A DNA stretch of 64,000 bases. Origin: an uncultured delta proteobacterium (GTDB lineage Bacteria; Desulfobacterota; RBG-13-43-22). Below the pieces are notes generated by a model. The model was not told the origin of the DNA, did not search any database, and worked only from the letters and a program-made list of their open reading frames with translations. Both the position numbers and the translations under genes were made by a program. Below are positions 20,501 to 29,619 of this stretch, in pieces. Location: positions 10,874 to 74,873 of the forward strand of contig CAWJJC010000013.1 of the NCBI GenBank assembly GCA_963843145.1. Direction: 5' to 3'. Each line of letters begins with the position of its first letter. Position 1 is the first letter of the stretch.

Positions 20501-21817
20501 ATAGGTGGCGATGTCATAGAGCTCCCGGCGTTCATACAGAAAATTGGGGGCCCGTTTCTGTCCCAACTGGACGTATTCCGGATAGGTCAGGAGGGGGTCC
20601 GAGAGCCCCCTAGATTTTTTCTCCAAGATCCGCCCTATCTCCAGCAGCGCCAGCCCCTGTTCTTTCCGCCACAGGCCCTCATCGGTAGTAAGACTCCGGG
20701 CCAGCCCTTCCAGACCGGCGAACCCGGTCTTGCTTTGTAGAAAGGCCTGAATCCTAGGCGCGGTTTCGAGGTTGACCAAACCGAGCAGCCCTTCCTTTAA
20801 TTCCAGCACCCGGTCCCGCAACAGGGGCCCCTGGAGGTAGGCCTGGGAAAGGCTCTTCCATCGTTCCAGCCGGAGCACCGGTTTGGCCCCCTTGATAATG
20901 GATCGGACTTCCTCCCAGACCAGTTCGGCATCGTACCGGCTGGACAAGCGGTGATTTCGGAAGAGGACCTCAAATTCACGCAACCGGACTTCCCGGTCCG
21001 GGTGGAATGACCCAATCGCCGGGCCGAGAAGATCCCGAAGGAGGTCCCGGAAGACGCAAAAGTCCGGTCGTAAGTTGGAGTCTTCCAAGCCGGTCCGCAC
21101 CGTCAGCCCGTCATAGAGGCGCCGGCTGAAATCCCTCAGAAAAGGGTTGTAGGTCAAAAATAGTTTTCGGTGCCCGGCAAACTCCGGTTTAAGCAGATAG
21201 TAGACCGCCAGGGTGGTCTTGCCGCTTCCAGCGGTACCCGAAATAAGGACCGGCGGGGAGGCTTCCAGCACCCGGGCCTGCTCTTCGGTCAAATAAAGAA
21301 ACAGCTCCAGGTCATCCGGTTTCCCCGCCTGGCGAAGCCGCTCCCATTCCTCCTCGTTCAGAATTAGCCACCGCTGGGGCCCGTAGTCGTCCGGCACCTG
21401 CGCTTCGATGGCCTCTTGGCTGTAGGCCGCGGCGGGCAATTCCTCCAGGATGACCTCCGGGTATTCTTCCTGGGTTTCCGGAGCAAAATCCAGGAAGGGG
21501 GCGTTTTCAGGCAAGATTCGCCGGGCCGTCCGGTTGACTTCGTCATGGCCGATCAGCCCCCAGAGATAGACGGCCGTCTGGGAACCCTTCCGGCCCAGGG
21601 TGAAAAGCATCCGGTCCGACCGGGAAAACCGGGCCTCAAAAACGACCCTCCCGGAGCTGCCTTTCAGCTTCTTGACCCGCAGTCCGGCGTCCCACAGGCC
21701 GGCCCGCAGAAACTCCAGTTTTTCAGTCAGCCTTTCTTTTTCCCTGGCGCCGAGCGACGGCAGGGCCTTTTTAAGGCATTCATTGAGTAGCAAAATATAT
21801 TTTTGCCCGGACATCAC
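17588..21817 (-). CDS. RelE-like domain + UvrD-like SF1 helicase + TPR repeat protein (TRANK1-like)
   Basis: GTAGSGKT, DEVQD, GDTKQ, NFRC, TIQEAKGLEFD, LYVAITRAR; long C-terminal helical repeats; N-terminal ~95 aa with RelE-like pattern. Confidence 0.85.
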   Translation of the reverse strand: MMSGQKYILLLNECLKKALPSLGAREKERLTEKLEFLRAGLWDAGLRVKKLKGSSGRVVFEARFSRSDRMLFTLGRKGSQTAVYLWGLIGHDEVNRTARRILPENAPFLDFAPETQEEYPEVILEELPAAAYSQEAIEAQVPDDYGPQRWLILNEEEWERLRQAGKPDDLELFLYLTEEQARVLEASPPVLISGTAGSGKTTLAVYYLLKPEFAGHRKLFLTYNPFLRDFSRRLYDGLTVRTGLEDSNLRPDFCVFRDLLRDLLGPAIGSFHPDREVRLREFEVLFRNHRLSSRYDAELVWEEVRSIIKGAKPVLRLERWKSLSQAYLQGPLLRDRVLELKEGLLGLVNLETAPRIQAFLQSKTGFAGLEGLARSLTTDEGLWRKEQGLALLEIGRILEKKSRGLSDPLLTYPEYVQLGQKRAPNFLYERRELYDIATYYQGKLEEQGLWDEIDLCRRVLGRLGQGSDSRTPYDLVVCDEVQDFADVQLALIFRLAGSPENVVLAGDTKQIINPSGFRWEEVRNKFFERGIQVPRVHSLRINFRCVGSVVKLANALLDLKQRLIGLSGSEIREEWKFNGRPPFLLTVREEREILSQLRMQAAGQVILVRDREEQTRLKQSLGTELIFTIQEAKGLEFDTVLVWKFSADPKSVPLWRRLRNGSDFGRSGRPHLRHEINLLYVAITRARNILIVYDPGGEIWDLPELDELLFPTSDPEALAQLWHRVSSPKEWADQGDYFLEREYYPAALECYKNAGRLDRAEIAQAFVWEQRKKFQEAAPLFEKHGYWPQAGACFERSGLWEPALRIWEKLKDREKMALCRIALYEQRGDHDLAAEEWLRRKEIVKALENWRKAGNYQRLGEYLAADKKYSEAAEAFVAGRLYDQAAALFKKLKKLNRAADLFYQAGNWAEAAVLYKRLKNPARLLECYVKGGDDYRAALLYEKGGDLAGAMEAFTRFARTGKDQADLVKAEANQAVFKNNLLKAAVRSFALGQYRESADFFFKKRVYNLALPQYQALKVHEKAAECFYALKEYYQAALEIEQSALPDKWERAAEFLSFHLGEGRQEARTELKLLQEGEQFLKDGALERALVRFKTVNAPDLVREAYHRTGRDQEALDYFLRDNRWEDAGRYVAEAAGLKITPTFLQTILNKYLKTGEYYHLRLRTQVFVAELLGRLLGQGGKEQWRPAVEQFISTIPFWGSSPPAPVLDFLLQTRYYNGLFEVVREGKLFGRSISPVVKKFLAELKRLAGREKDPELLACVQFYQDQDLFEASLDRLELTGWNYKLFGASSRHYLQAVEFLLGERKIEEAVSLARRNHDFRIAGHILEKAGSYSEAGRAYRDGGHYEEALRCFKSAGDEQGEARVYERMDLLEEALAIWIKRGKRREAARLQKKLDKRKFPDSQLSLFK

Positions 21818-22006
21818 CGCTTCCTCTCACCCAAACCCAACCTCCTAACAGAAATCTCAGGAGGTCTCAACTACCTTTATAGTCACAACCGGAACGGATT
21901 GGAAAGAAAATAAGCGGCTCATCCAGGCCGTCCATTCGGGAGGGTTGCCCCTTTCCTCCCCGGGATAATCCCAAAGGATCGAGGTCTGGGACATAGTAAT
22001 TTGCCC

Positions 22007-22046
22007 TTGACATTGATCATGAAACTGGCATCCTTTTACATGATCA
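22007..22046 (+). promoter_or_regulatory. TA promoter with inverted-repeat operator
   Basis: TTGACA at 22007; TGATCATG (22014-21) / CATGATCA (22039-46). Confidence 0.6.
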
Positions 22047-22068
22047 TTAAAGGGGGAGAGTTTCCGTC

Positions 22069-22341
22069 ATGTCCAACCTACAGATAAAAGGGATCGATGA
22101 GGAGCTTTATGGCCGGATTAAGGAAATGGCCAATGCGGAAAATCGTTCCCTGAGCCAGCAGATCCTTTTCCTGGTCAAGAAGTATCTGGCTAAACGAAAA
22201 AAAATCCGGTCCGCCAAATCCCCCGCTCAGGTCCTTCTGGACCTCTCCGGCTCCTGGGACGATGAACGGGAACCAGAGGAAATCATCAAGGAGATCAAGC
22301 AGAATCGACGAAATTCCCGAAAATTAGAAGAGGGCTGGTGA
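22069..22341 (+). CDS. FitA/VapB-like RHH antitoxin
   Basis: LQIKGIDEELYGRIKEMANAENRSLSQQI; LSGSW motif; overlaps a PIN gene. Confidence 0.8.
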   Translation: MSNLQIKGIDEELYGRIKEMANAENRSLSQQILFLVKKYLAKRKKIRSAKSPAQVLLDLSGSWDDEREPEEIIKEIKQNRRNSRKLEEGW

Positions 22342-22526
22342 TGTACCTCCTCGATACGGACACGGTCATTTTTTCACTGAAAGGGCATCCGGTTGTCCAG
22401 GAACACCTGCGGCGCCGCCTGAACGATCCACTTCAGATAAGCATAGTCACTTGCATGGAACTCTACTACGGGGCCTATAAATCCCAACGGGTGACCAGTA
22501 ACCTGGCTACGGATCGAAGGACTTAA
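22338..22526 (+). pseudogene. vapC: Truncated VapC PIN toxin
   Basis: YLLDTDTVI...ISIVTCMELYYGAYKS, ends at 62 aa; C-terminal catalytic half absent downstream. Confidence 0.8.
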
Positions 22527-22579
22527 GGTCGTCAATTGGATACAACCGGCCCCGGTGTGAGTAAGAAACTGGAGTGTCT

Positions 22580-23752
22580 ATGAAGAAGACAAGGATTTTC
22601 AAAGGTTCGGTCGCGCTGGCCTCCCTCCGTACGCAGCGGGGGTCGGCGGGCCTTCGGTTGCTGGTGGTGATTCTGGCCTTGGCAGCGCTCTGGTGGTACA
22701 AGCCCTGGGAGGGGATGTTCGGCCAGCCGGATGCCTCGCGCATGGACGTCGTACCCCGGACGGTGACGGCGCGAGGGTCGCTGGCCGAGGACGAACAGAA
22801 CAACATCGCGGTATTTAAGAACGTCTCCCCTTCGGTGGTGCACATCACCACCCTGGAAACGGCCCGTAATTTTTTCTCCCTGGACATCATGCAGATTCCC
22901 AGGGGCACCGGCACCGGCTTTATCTGGGACGACCGGGGGAACGTGGTCACCAATTTCCACGTCATCCAGGCCGGCCAATCGGCGCGGGTCACGCTGGCCG
23001 ACCAGACCACCTGGAAGGCCGCTTTAGTCGGCGCCTTCCCGGACCGCGACCTGGCGGTCCTGCGTATCGCCGCGCCTAAGGAGAAACTTAAGCCCATCTT
23101 GATAGGAAGGAGCGGCGATCTTCAGGTCGGACAAAAAGTCTATGCCATCGGCAATCCTTTCGGGTTGGACCAGACGCTGACCAGCGGAATCATCAGCGCC
23201 TTGGACCGCGAAATCGAATCGGCCACCCAACGCTCTATCCGCGGTGTGATTCAGACCGATGCCGCCATCAATCCCGGCAATTCGGGCGGTCCGCTGCTGG
23301 ACTCCGCCGGCCGGCTGATCGGGGTCAACACCGCCATCTACAGCCCGTCGGGCGCCTCCGCCGGCATCGGCTTCGCCATTCCGGTGGACGAAGTAAACCG
23401 CATCGTGCCGCGGCTGATCCGAGACGGAAAATTCATCCGTCCGGCGCTGGGCATCCAGGCGGCGACGAAGTCGTTTCAGGATTCGCTCGGTCTACCCAAG
23501 GGCGTCGCGGTGATGGGCGTGGTTCCCAACAGCCCGGCGCAGCAGGCGGGCCTTCAACCCTTCAAACGCGCCCCGGACGGCAGTCTGGTGGTAGGCGATG
23601 TCATTGTCGCCCTGAACGGCAAACCGATTGCTTCGTTTGATGAGCTGCTGAACGTCCTGGAGCAGCATCAGGCCGGCGATACCGTGACCCTCTCGATCCT
23701 CCGCGGGGACAAACGCAGGGAGCAGCCGGTCCGCTTGGGTCTGCCGGGTTGA
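22580..23752 (+). CDS. HtrA/DegP-family serine protease with one PDZ domain
   Basis: TNFHV, DLAVL, IGNPFGL, QTDAAINPGNSGGPL; N-terminal TM anchor. Confidence 0.93.
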   Translation: MKKTRIFKGSVALASLRTQRGSAGLRLLVVILALAALWWYKPWEGMFGQPDASRMDVVPRTVTARGSLAEDEQNNIAVFKNVSPSVVHITTLETARNFFSLDIMQIPRGTGTGFIWDDRGNVVTNFHVIQAGQSARVTLADQTTWKAALVGAFPDRDLAVLRIAAPKEKLKPILIGRSGDLQVGQKVYAIGNPFGLDQTLTSGIISALDREIESATQRSIRGVIQTDAAINPGNSGGPLLDSAGRLIGVNTAIYSPSGASAGIGFAIPVDEVNRIVPRLIRDGKFIRPALGIQAATKSFQDSLGLPKGVAVMGVVPNSPAQQAGLQPFKRAPDGSLVVGDVIVALNGKPIASFDELLNVLEQHQAGDTVTLSILRGDKRREQPVRLGLPG

Positions 23753-23807
23753 AGATCCGCGCTGTCTCGAGCGACGAGGGGTCTAATCCCCTCACCCGGC
23801 AGATAGA

Positions 23808-24065
23808 TTAGGGATGGTGTAAGATATCGTGAGTACCCACTTTTCTTAAAAGGTAGATATCTTTTTCAATTTGGAAGGTAAAGCGATCGACGGCGGTGAC
23901 CCGGCATTCCCAAATATTTCGCGGATCATGCATCTTCTTAAGATTTAAGGAGGGGTGCTGGGGATTTGATAATAATAGTTCAAGCTGTTTATCTACGGAT
24001 TTTTGGATTTTGGAGGACAGCTTCCGATAATCCTGGACAAAGTGATGGGTAAAGGCCAATTTCAT
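23808..24065 (-). CDS. RelE/ParE-superfamily toxin
   Basis: FTHHFVQDYRKL, NPQHPSLNLKKM, WECRV, RKVGTHDIL. Confidence 0.8.
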   Translation of the reverse strand: MKLAFTHHFVQDYRKLSSKIQKSVDKQLELLLSNPQHPSLNLKKMHDPRNIWECRVTAVDRFTFQIEKDIYLLRKVGTHDILHHP

Positions 24066-24346
24066 ATTTTGGCGGTTTTAAGGGCTTTCAGGCCTTTCCG
24101 GAGGTTTTCAAAAGGCCCTAACACTTTGCCTCTAGCAATAGCCTCGTCTGCCAGAGCTTCACAGGCCTGCCACTCTTTGGTGAAAAAGTAAGCCTGGTCG
24201 GGATGAACCATCTTGACCGGCTTCAAGACCAGCTCGCCATCTTGATTTTCAACTTCCAGATAATCGCCAACGGCAATATTGAGAGCCTTTCTTAGCTCGA
24301 TAGGAATGGTAACCTGGAAATTTTTTTTAACCTTGACTAAAGACAT
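24062..24346 (-). CDS. AbrB/MazE/SpoVT antitoxin
   Basis: VKKNFQVTIPIELRKALNIAVGDYLEV; ATGA overlap with toxin; AT-rich palindrome at about 24372-24408. Confidence 0.85.
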   Translation of the reverse strand: MSLVKVKKNFQVTIPIELRKALNIAVGDYLEVENQDGELVLKPVKMVHPDQAYFFTKEWQACEALADEAIARGKVLGPFENLRKGLKALKTAKI

Positions 24347-24485
24347 TTCATTTACCCCTGCTTCTTGTTTCAAATTGCAAAATTTACGATTTTAGAAATT
24401 TGTAATTTATAATATCATTTTAGCAAATGCCCTTTTGCTCTGGCCACAAGTTTTTTCTGAAAAGCTGAGGGCCGCTGTCGATGTC

Positions 24486-24560
24486 GTCACCCCGGTCCCG
24501 CGATCCGCGGGATAAACTCCAGTCGGGATCCAGACTTGCCTAACCTGGATTCCGGCTGAG
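24486..24560. repeat. Degenerate GTCA...GGATCCAG/CTGGATTCC palindromic repeat
   Basis: GTCACCCCGG...GGGATCCAG...CTGGATTCCGGC, same style as the other REP-like elements. Confidence 0.5.
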
Positions 24561-24668
24561 GTTCACTATCAAGAATAAAGGCTTGACTTAACGGCACTGG
24601 GTTGGACCCTAAAATAGAACAACCAGCCCGAATCAAAAGCCGAACCGGTTCCGGCGAAGGGAGGACCA

Positions 24669-25199
24669 ATGGGGGTGCTGGATAAAATCGAGAAAAACGA
24701 TATCCGGGACCTGCTCGGCAAGGGCTGGCTGACCCATGACGGGTTGTGGTTTTTCCACACCTGCCGGGAATTGGGTATCGAAAGAGCCAACACCTTGAAC
24801 CTGGCGGCCATAAAATCCCTCGCACCCATCGAGGTCGAGCGGGCCAAACGGATCCTGGGGATGGGCCAGGAGAAGATCCAGGACTTTGACCGGCTCATGG
24901 ACTTCCTGCTCGCGGCCCTGGAATTGACGCTGCCTGCTTCGGTCTTCAAGAAGTGCTCCTTCATTTCGCCAGCTAAAGACGTAATCCGCTGGGAATGGGA
25001 GAAAGGGCAATGCTTCGCCTACAAGGGGATGAAACAGATCGGGGCGATCGATGGCTACCGCTGCGGGGTGATGTACCGGATTGAATGCTGGCTGGAAGCG
25101 TTGGGGATCGAATTCTCGATGCACCCCAGGATCGACGGGTGTCTCATGCATGAAAAGGGTGCCTGTGAGGGGGAAATTCGAGTCTTTCTCCACGGCTGA
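24669..25199 (+). CDS. DUF6125-like hypothetical protein (4VR/ATC-hydrolase-like fold)
   Basis: KGWLTHDGLWF motif, conserved Cys pattern C...C...C....C, GGAGG RBS. Confidence 0.6.
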   Translation: MGVLDKIEKNDIRDLLGKGWLTHDGLWFFHTCRELGIERANTLNLAAIKSLAPIEVERAKRILGMGQEKIQDFDRLMDFLLAALELTLPASVFKKCSFISPAKDVIRWEWEKGQCFAYKGMKQIGAIDGYRCGVMYRIECWLEALGIEFSMHPRIDGCLMHEKGACEGEIRVFLHG

Positions 25200-25206
25200 A
25201 AAGCAA

Positions 25207-25270
25207 GTCTAACTCAAACGAGAGCCCGATTCGGCGCTGGAGACAGGGATGTTAATCGGGAGCGTTTGTG
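25207..25270 (+). other. Degenerate attC-like site
   Basis: GTCTAAC 7 bp after a stop codon, then CAAACG..CCCGATT / AATCGGG..CGTTTG palindrome; R' box missing. Confidence 0.3.
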
Positions 25271-25727
25271 CCCTTTTGGCCAGTCTTCGGACTTAGGTGG
25301 TTGAAACGATCCTGAAAAACCAAATAAAATGGCGACCAATATTCCTTCAAGAGATTCGTTGACATTTGGAATGATTTTTGTAGGATATGATAAATTCTAG
25401 AGCCCGGGCCGGGATTGGTAACATAAATTATTATTGACTGGGGCGCTGGAAAACACCGGGTTGGAGGAATTCAGAATAAACAGTAGCGGAATAAGCAACT
25501 GGGTCGCATATCGGAGGGCCATCGCCCAGGATGTGGATCTCGATTTTAACCAAAGGATATTGAACACCCGACCCATCAAATCCATTTTACTGACGTGCAA
25601 AAATACGCTCCTTGCGTGTGGCCGACCTAGACTTTACAAAAGGGATCGAACGAATTTCCAGACACAATATTTAGGCTTTACATTTTGTTGAAACAACCAC
25701 CACGCAGATATCTCGGGAGGCCAATCG

Positions 25728-26956
25728 ATGCCGCAACTATTAGGTATACGTGTCAAGAACTTTAAGTCACTCCGGAGTGTGAGCCTCGGACAGGTCGGTT
25801 ACGGGCAAGGCGAAGCCTTACCCCCTCTAAGTTGCTTTATCGGCCCAAACGGATGCGGAAAATCAAGCTGACTGGACGCGTTTGGGTTCCTCTCCGATTG
25901 CTTAAGAGAAGGAGTCGAGGTAGCCTGTGATAAACCTCAAAAGAGGTGGTTTTGGGAGGCTGCGAACTCAAGTATTTCCATTGATCCATTGAATTTGACC
26001 TTTACTATAGAGAGAGTTAAGCGCCCGACCAATCACTTATAACTTCGAAGTAGCAGAATTCAATGGTGTTCCATTCGTCCTTCGTGAACATCTTCGCCAA
26101 CGCCGCAAAGGACAGAAGCATGGTCAACCATTCACCTTTCTCCGCTTGGAAAGGGGAAAGGGAGTCGTATGGGCCGGGGATAAGACAGAAGATGAAGAGG
26201 GCGCAACCCAACTGGAAATCAAGCTCGAGGATAACGATCGACTTGGTATCACAACGCTCGGCCAACTGTCGGAACATCCGCGCATAGTGGGGCTGGCGAG
26301 TCATATCTGAGTTGGTATCTCGTCCTATTTCGTCCCTGATGCGGCACTGACGACTCCCCCCGCAGGTGCACAGAAACATCTTGATCGTACCGGGGAAAAC
26401 CTCTAAATGTAGTACAGTATCTGGAAAGAAACCATAGGGATCGTTTGAGAGTATCCTAGAGCGAATCCGAAAGCGGATACCTGGAATAGAGAGGATTAAG
26501 CCCGAGAAAAGCCAGGACGGTCGTCTTCTCTCTGAGATTCAACGAACGAGGCTACGAGGATCCAACTTTTTTCAGCATAGTATGTCTGATGGGACATTAA
26601 AGATGTTTGCTTATTTGTTGCTTCTTGAAGGATCCTGAGCCCCCGGGCATTTATCGGCATCGAGGAACCAGAGAATGGACTCTATCATAGATTGGTCGAG
26701 CAACTCGCCCGAGAATTTAGGCGATACGCTGAGAAATCCAAAGGAAAGATCCAGGCGCTCATCACCACGCATTCTCCTCAGTTCGTAGATGCCTTGAGCC
26801 CTGAAACAGGTATGGCTTATGGAGAAGGATGATAAAGGATTTACACAGGTGAAGAGAATCGGCGGACATGCCGGTAATCAGCGCTCTAGACGAAGAAGGT
26901 ATACCTCTCGGCAGCCTTTGGATAGCAATCATTTTGAAGAGAGGTTTGAAGGATGA
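25728..26956 (+). pseudogene. AAA_21/AbiEii-type ATPase, multiply frameshifted
   Basis: Manual translation: IRVKNFKSL, GPNGCGKS (Walker A), MSDGT, IGIEEPENGL (Walker B), ITTHSP. Confidence 0.85.
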
Positions 26957-27582
26957 GGATTCACATTCTCGTTGAAGGTCCATCAGAAAGGGCTTTTCTA
27001 GAAGGATGGCTGCCGAGATTCCTCCCCCCTCAACACTCATTTAGAATTATCCCGCACAGAGGAAAAGGAAAGGTTCCTGACCACCCATCAAGAAACCAGA
27101 TCCAAAACGCCAAGGTCTCCTTGATCAATTGCCTGCTAAATAAGGGCCTACGGGCAGGGAGCGAGACCTGATGCGGATAGAATTCTTGTACTCATCGATT
27201 TAGATCATGATGATTGTTTTGATCTCAAAAGCCGTATGGTCGACCTGCTCAACTATTGCAGTCCTCCGCCTGTAGCTCTCTTCAGAATAGCGATCGAGGA
27301 AACTGAAGCTTTCTATCTTGGTGATAAATCTGCCATCCGCAGTGCTTTTCCAAGGTCTTAGGCTATCAAAGATGGATCTCCTATATCCAAGACAGTATCT
27401 GCGCCACATGGGAACTATTTCGAGAAGTAATTGGAGAATCAGCCGACGATAAGGTAAAATGGGCCAAACTAATGGGTACCCATCTGGCAACAGAGTGGAA
27501 AGGTGTCTCTGCAAACAGCTCTAAGTCATTTCGGCAGTTCTGCAAGGGAATACTGAAACTTGCAGGGGAAGCAATTGATTAA
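26953..27582 (+). pseudogene. DUF4276 (TOPRIM-like) protein, frameshifted
   Basis: ILVEGPSE, GLLDQLP, VLIDLDHDDC, RIAIEETEAFYLGD, NSSKSF; ATGA overlap with the ATPase. Confidence 0.8.
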
Positions 27583-27729
27583 AATTAAGGGATTCGGGCA
27601 GACGGGCCGGATTAGATGATTGATGATCTCACATAACGTCAACGGACACATTAAAGGACGTGATAAAATAATCCAGTTTTTGGAAGTGCCCCATGCCTGA
27701 AGCGAAGAAATAGAATTACGCATCCGCGT

Positions 27730-27809
27730 TTAAGAAAGAGAGCGATCAAGGCGTTGCAGAGACACGGCTACCCGTGGCGGAAGGTCAGCCTTGATCGCCG
27801 CCGTTAGGC
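27730..27809 (-). other. Degenerate attC-like site
   Basis: Minus strand: TGA-A-GCCTAAC, then GCGATCAAGGC...GCCTTGATCGC stem, then CTTAAAC as a possible mutated R'. Confidence 0.4.
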
Positions 27810-27810
27810 T

Positions 27811-28002
27811 TCATATGAAATGATCCTTCTCCTCCAGTGTGGAGTTCCCATTTAAATATTCCGGCCACTGTTCCAATTCCTTGCCCATACCCTCCTCGGC
27901 CATAGCCTTCTCCTTAACCGGATCAAGCTTCGCACATTCCCTGGCCAAGCGGTTTCTTTCAAGTTTTTTTAGTTTTTTTTCCATGGCATTCTGAATGGCT
28001 TT
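27811..28002 (-). pseudogene. 3' half of RHH antitoxin plus eroded MazF start, copy 1
   Basis: AIQNAM...[36 protein letters not shown]. Confidence 0.7.
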
Positions 28003-28005
28003 ACC

Positions 28006-28569
28006 TCAGTAGAAGAGTTGTCCTTCAACGACGCGATCCGAATCGTCAATCAAAACTCCCTCCATTTTCAGCAAAACCCGTTTCATTTCAACCCCGCCCT
28101 GAAAACCACCGAGGGTTCCGTCGGAACGGATGGCCCGGTGACAGGGGACGATGATGGGAAAAGGGTTATGAGCCAGGACGGTGCCGACGGCCCTGGCAGC
28201 CTGCGGATGGCCCAAGTACCCGGCGATCCGCTGATAGGTGCTCACCTTTCCCCGGGGAATTCCATGCTCCGCCCGCAAGACCTGCTGCTGAAAGGGAGAG
28301 CATAGATCGAGGCGGGTGACGTCGAGGGAGAAGCGCAAGTCCTCTCCGGCCAGAAAGGCCGGGATCCGGTCGGCCACCCTATCGATCTCGGCAGACGAAG
28401 AAGCGCTGGAATCCGGAAACAAGGTTCTGATCGTCTGTTTGGCCGAAACCCCGGGCCGGGAAAGCAGGACGCGCAGGATCTTCGGCTGCCCTTGGTGGAC
28501 CGACCAGAGGATGGCCACCGGACCGAAACGGCTTTCGCGAAAGTGGTGGAAGCTATGGGCTGTTTCTAT
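28006..28569 (-). CDS. ogt: Methylated-DNA-protein-cysteine methyltransferase, copy 1
   Basis: IPRGKVSTY, AARAVG, NPFPIIVPCHRAI; start uncertain (GTG 28518 or ATA 28569). Confidence 0.9.
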   Translation of the reverse strand: METAHSFHHFRESRFGPVAILWSVHQGQPKILRVLLSRPGVSAKQTIRTLFPDSSASSSAEIDRVADRIPAFLAGEDLRFSLDVTRLDLCSPFQQQVLRAEHGIPRGKVSTYQRIAGYLGHPQAARAVGTVLAHNPFPIIVPCHRAIRSDGTLGGFQGGVEMKRVLLKMEGVLIDDSDRVVEGQLFY

Positions 28570-28581
28570 TTTTTTAATGCG

Positions 28582-28839
28582 TTAGGCACTCTTTTTCTGA
28601 AAATCCGGGGTATGAATGATTCCCAGCAGACCATCGACCGAGAGGTCCTCATCCAGCAGGGGCCAGTGGATTCCGTATCCGGAGGGGGAGATTTCAAAGT
28701 TGTTCCGTTCCTCTTCCGAGGCCCCGGAGAGTGCGGAAGAAATCTCCCGAATTAAGAATTTTTTTTCCTCTCCGTTAAAGGTAAGGACTAACCAGTCTCC
28801 CTGGAATTGAAGATTAGTGAGCCGATGATATTGGGTCAT
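28582..28839 (-). CDS. DUF2442 protein (TA partner)
   Basis: GYGIHWPLLDEDLSVDGLL signature. Confidence 0.88.
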   Translation of the reverse strand: MTQYHRLTNLQFQGDWLVLTFNGEEKKFLIREISSALSGASEEERNNFEISPSGYGIHWPLLDEDLSVDGLLGIIHTPDFQKKSA

Positions 28840-29093
28840 GACCGCCGTCTCCTCTGAAATTCTTCCCACTGCTCCTCGATGTACTCAAAATGCCCGAAAA
28901 TTATTTTTCTGATTTCCCGCTTGTCTTTTGAAGACAGGTTAAAGGCAAAAGCTTCCTGAATTTCAAAAGTTTCGCTGTTTAGCCAATACTTGCATTCCAA
29001 CTCTCCCTTGCGGCAATGGACATGAATGGGTTCTTGGCCCTCATTGGAGTAGAAAAAAAGTCTCCATCCCAGGATCATGAGAATGGTCGGCAT
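28836..29093 (-). CDS. DUF4160 protein (TA partner)
   Basis: MPTI...FFYSNEGQEPIHVH...CKYWL. Confidence 0.88.
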   Translation of the reverse strand: MPTILMILGWRLFFYSNEGQEPIHVHCRKGELECKYWLNSETFEIQEAFAFNLSSKDKREIRKIIFGHFEYIEEQWEEFQRRRRS

Positions 29094-29206
29094 GAATTAA
29101 TCCCTTTTCAGAATCTAAGTATATATTTTACTCTATTTGATTGCAAAAAAGAATAGCTATGTTGGCCTAGGCCGCCTGCGCATTGCCCCGATGTCCGGCG
29201 ATCCGC

Positions 29207-29494
29207 TTAGCCACAGCGCATTAATAATTGGGCCGCCGGCAGGAGAAAGCAGTTGCCGGGGAACATTTCACTTTTGGCGCTCTGGGCGACAATCTGATAA
29301 AAGGGGACCCCCAATTTCCGGCTGAAATAGCGGCCCGAGGCGCTGATTGTCGCATCCGATTTTTTGGCCTCAAAAAGGGCCAGCGGGCGATTGTCCTTGA
29401 TCAACAGAAAATCCACCTCTCGCTTTTCTTTGTCCCTCACATAGCGGATCTCAAAGGACCCCAACCCCGTTTCCGTTCTATGTAAATTAGTCAA
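29207..29494 (-). pseudogene. C-terminal fragment of an AAA_14/DUF4143 ATPase
   Basis: YVRDKEKREVDFL...FEAKKS; ATPase domain absent. Confidence 0.75.
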
Positions 29495-29619
29495 GACTAT
29501 TTTATATAGGTGTGTAATAAAGTCATATTCTACTGAAACTCCAGTTCTTCTCCCTACTTCAAGGACGAATTGCTTCGGAAGCGAAAAGAGGAAACGTTCC
29601 CAAAGAGCCCATCCAAAGG

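Noticed and set aside
25397-25691. Short ORFs upstream of the ATPase
   Set aside because: No RBS or recognisable motif
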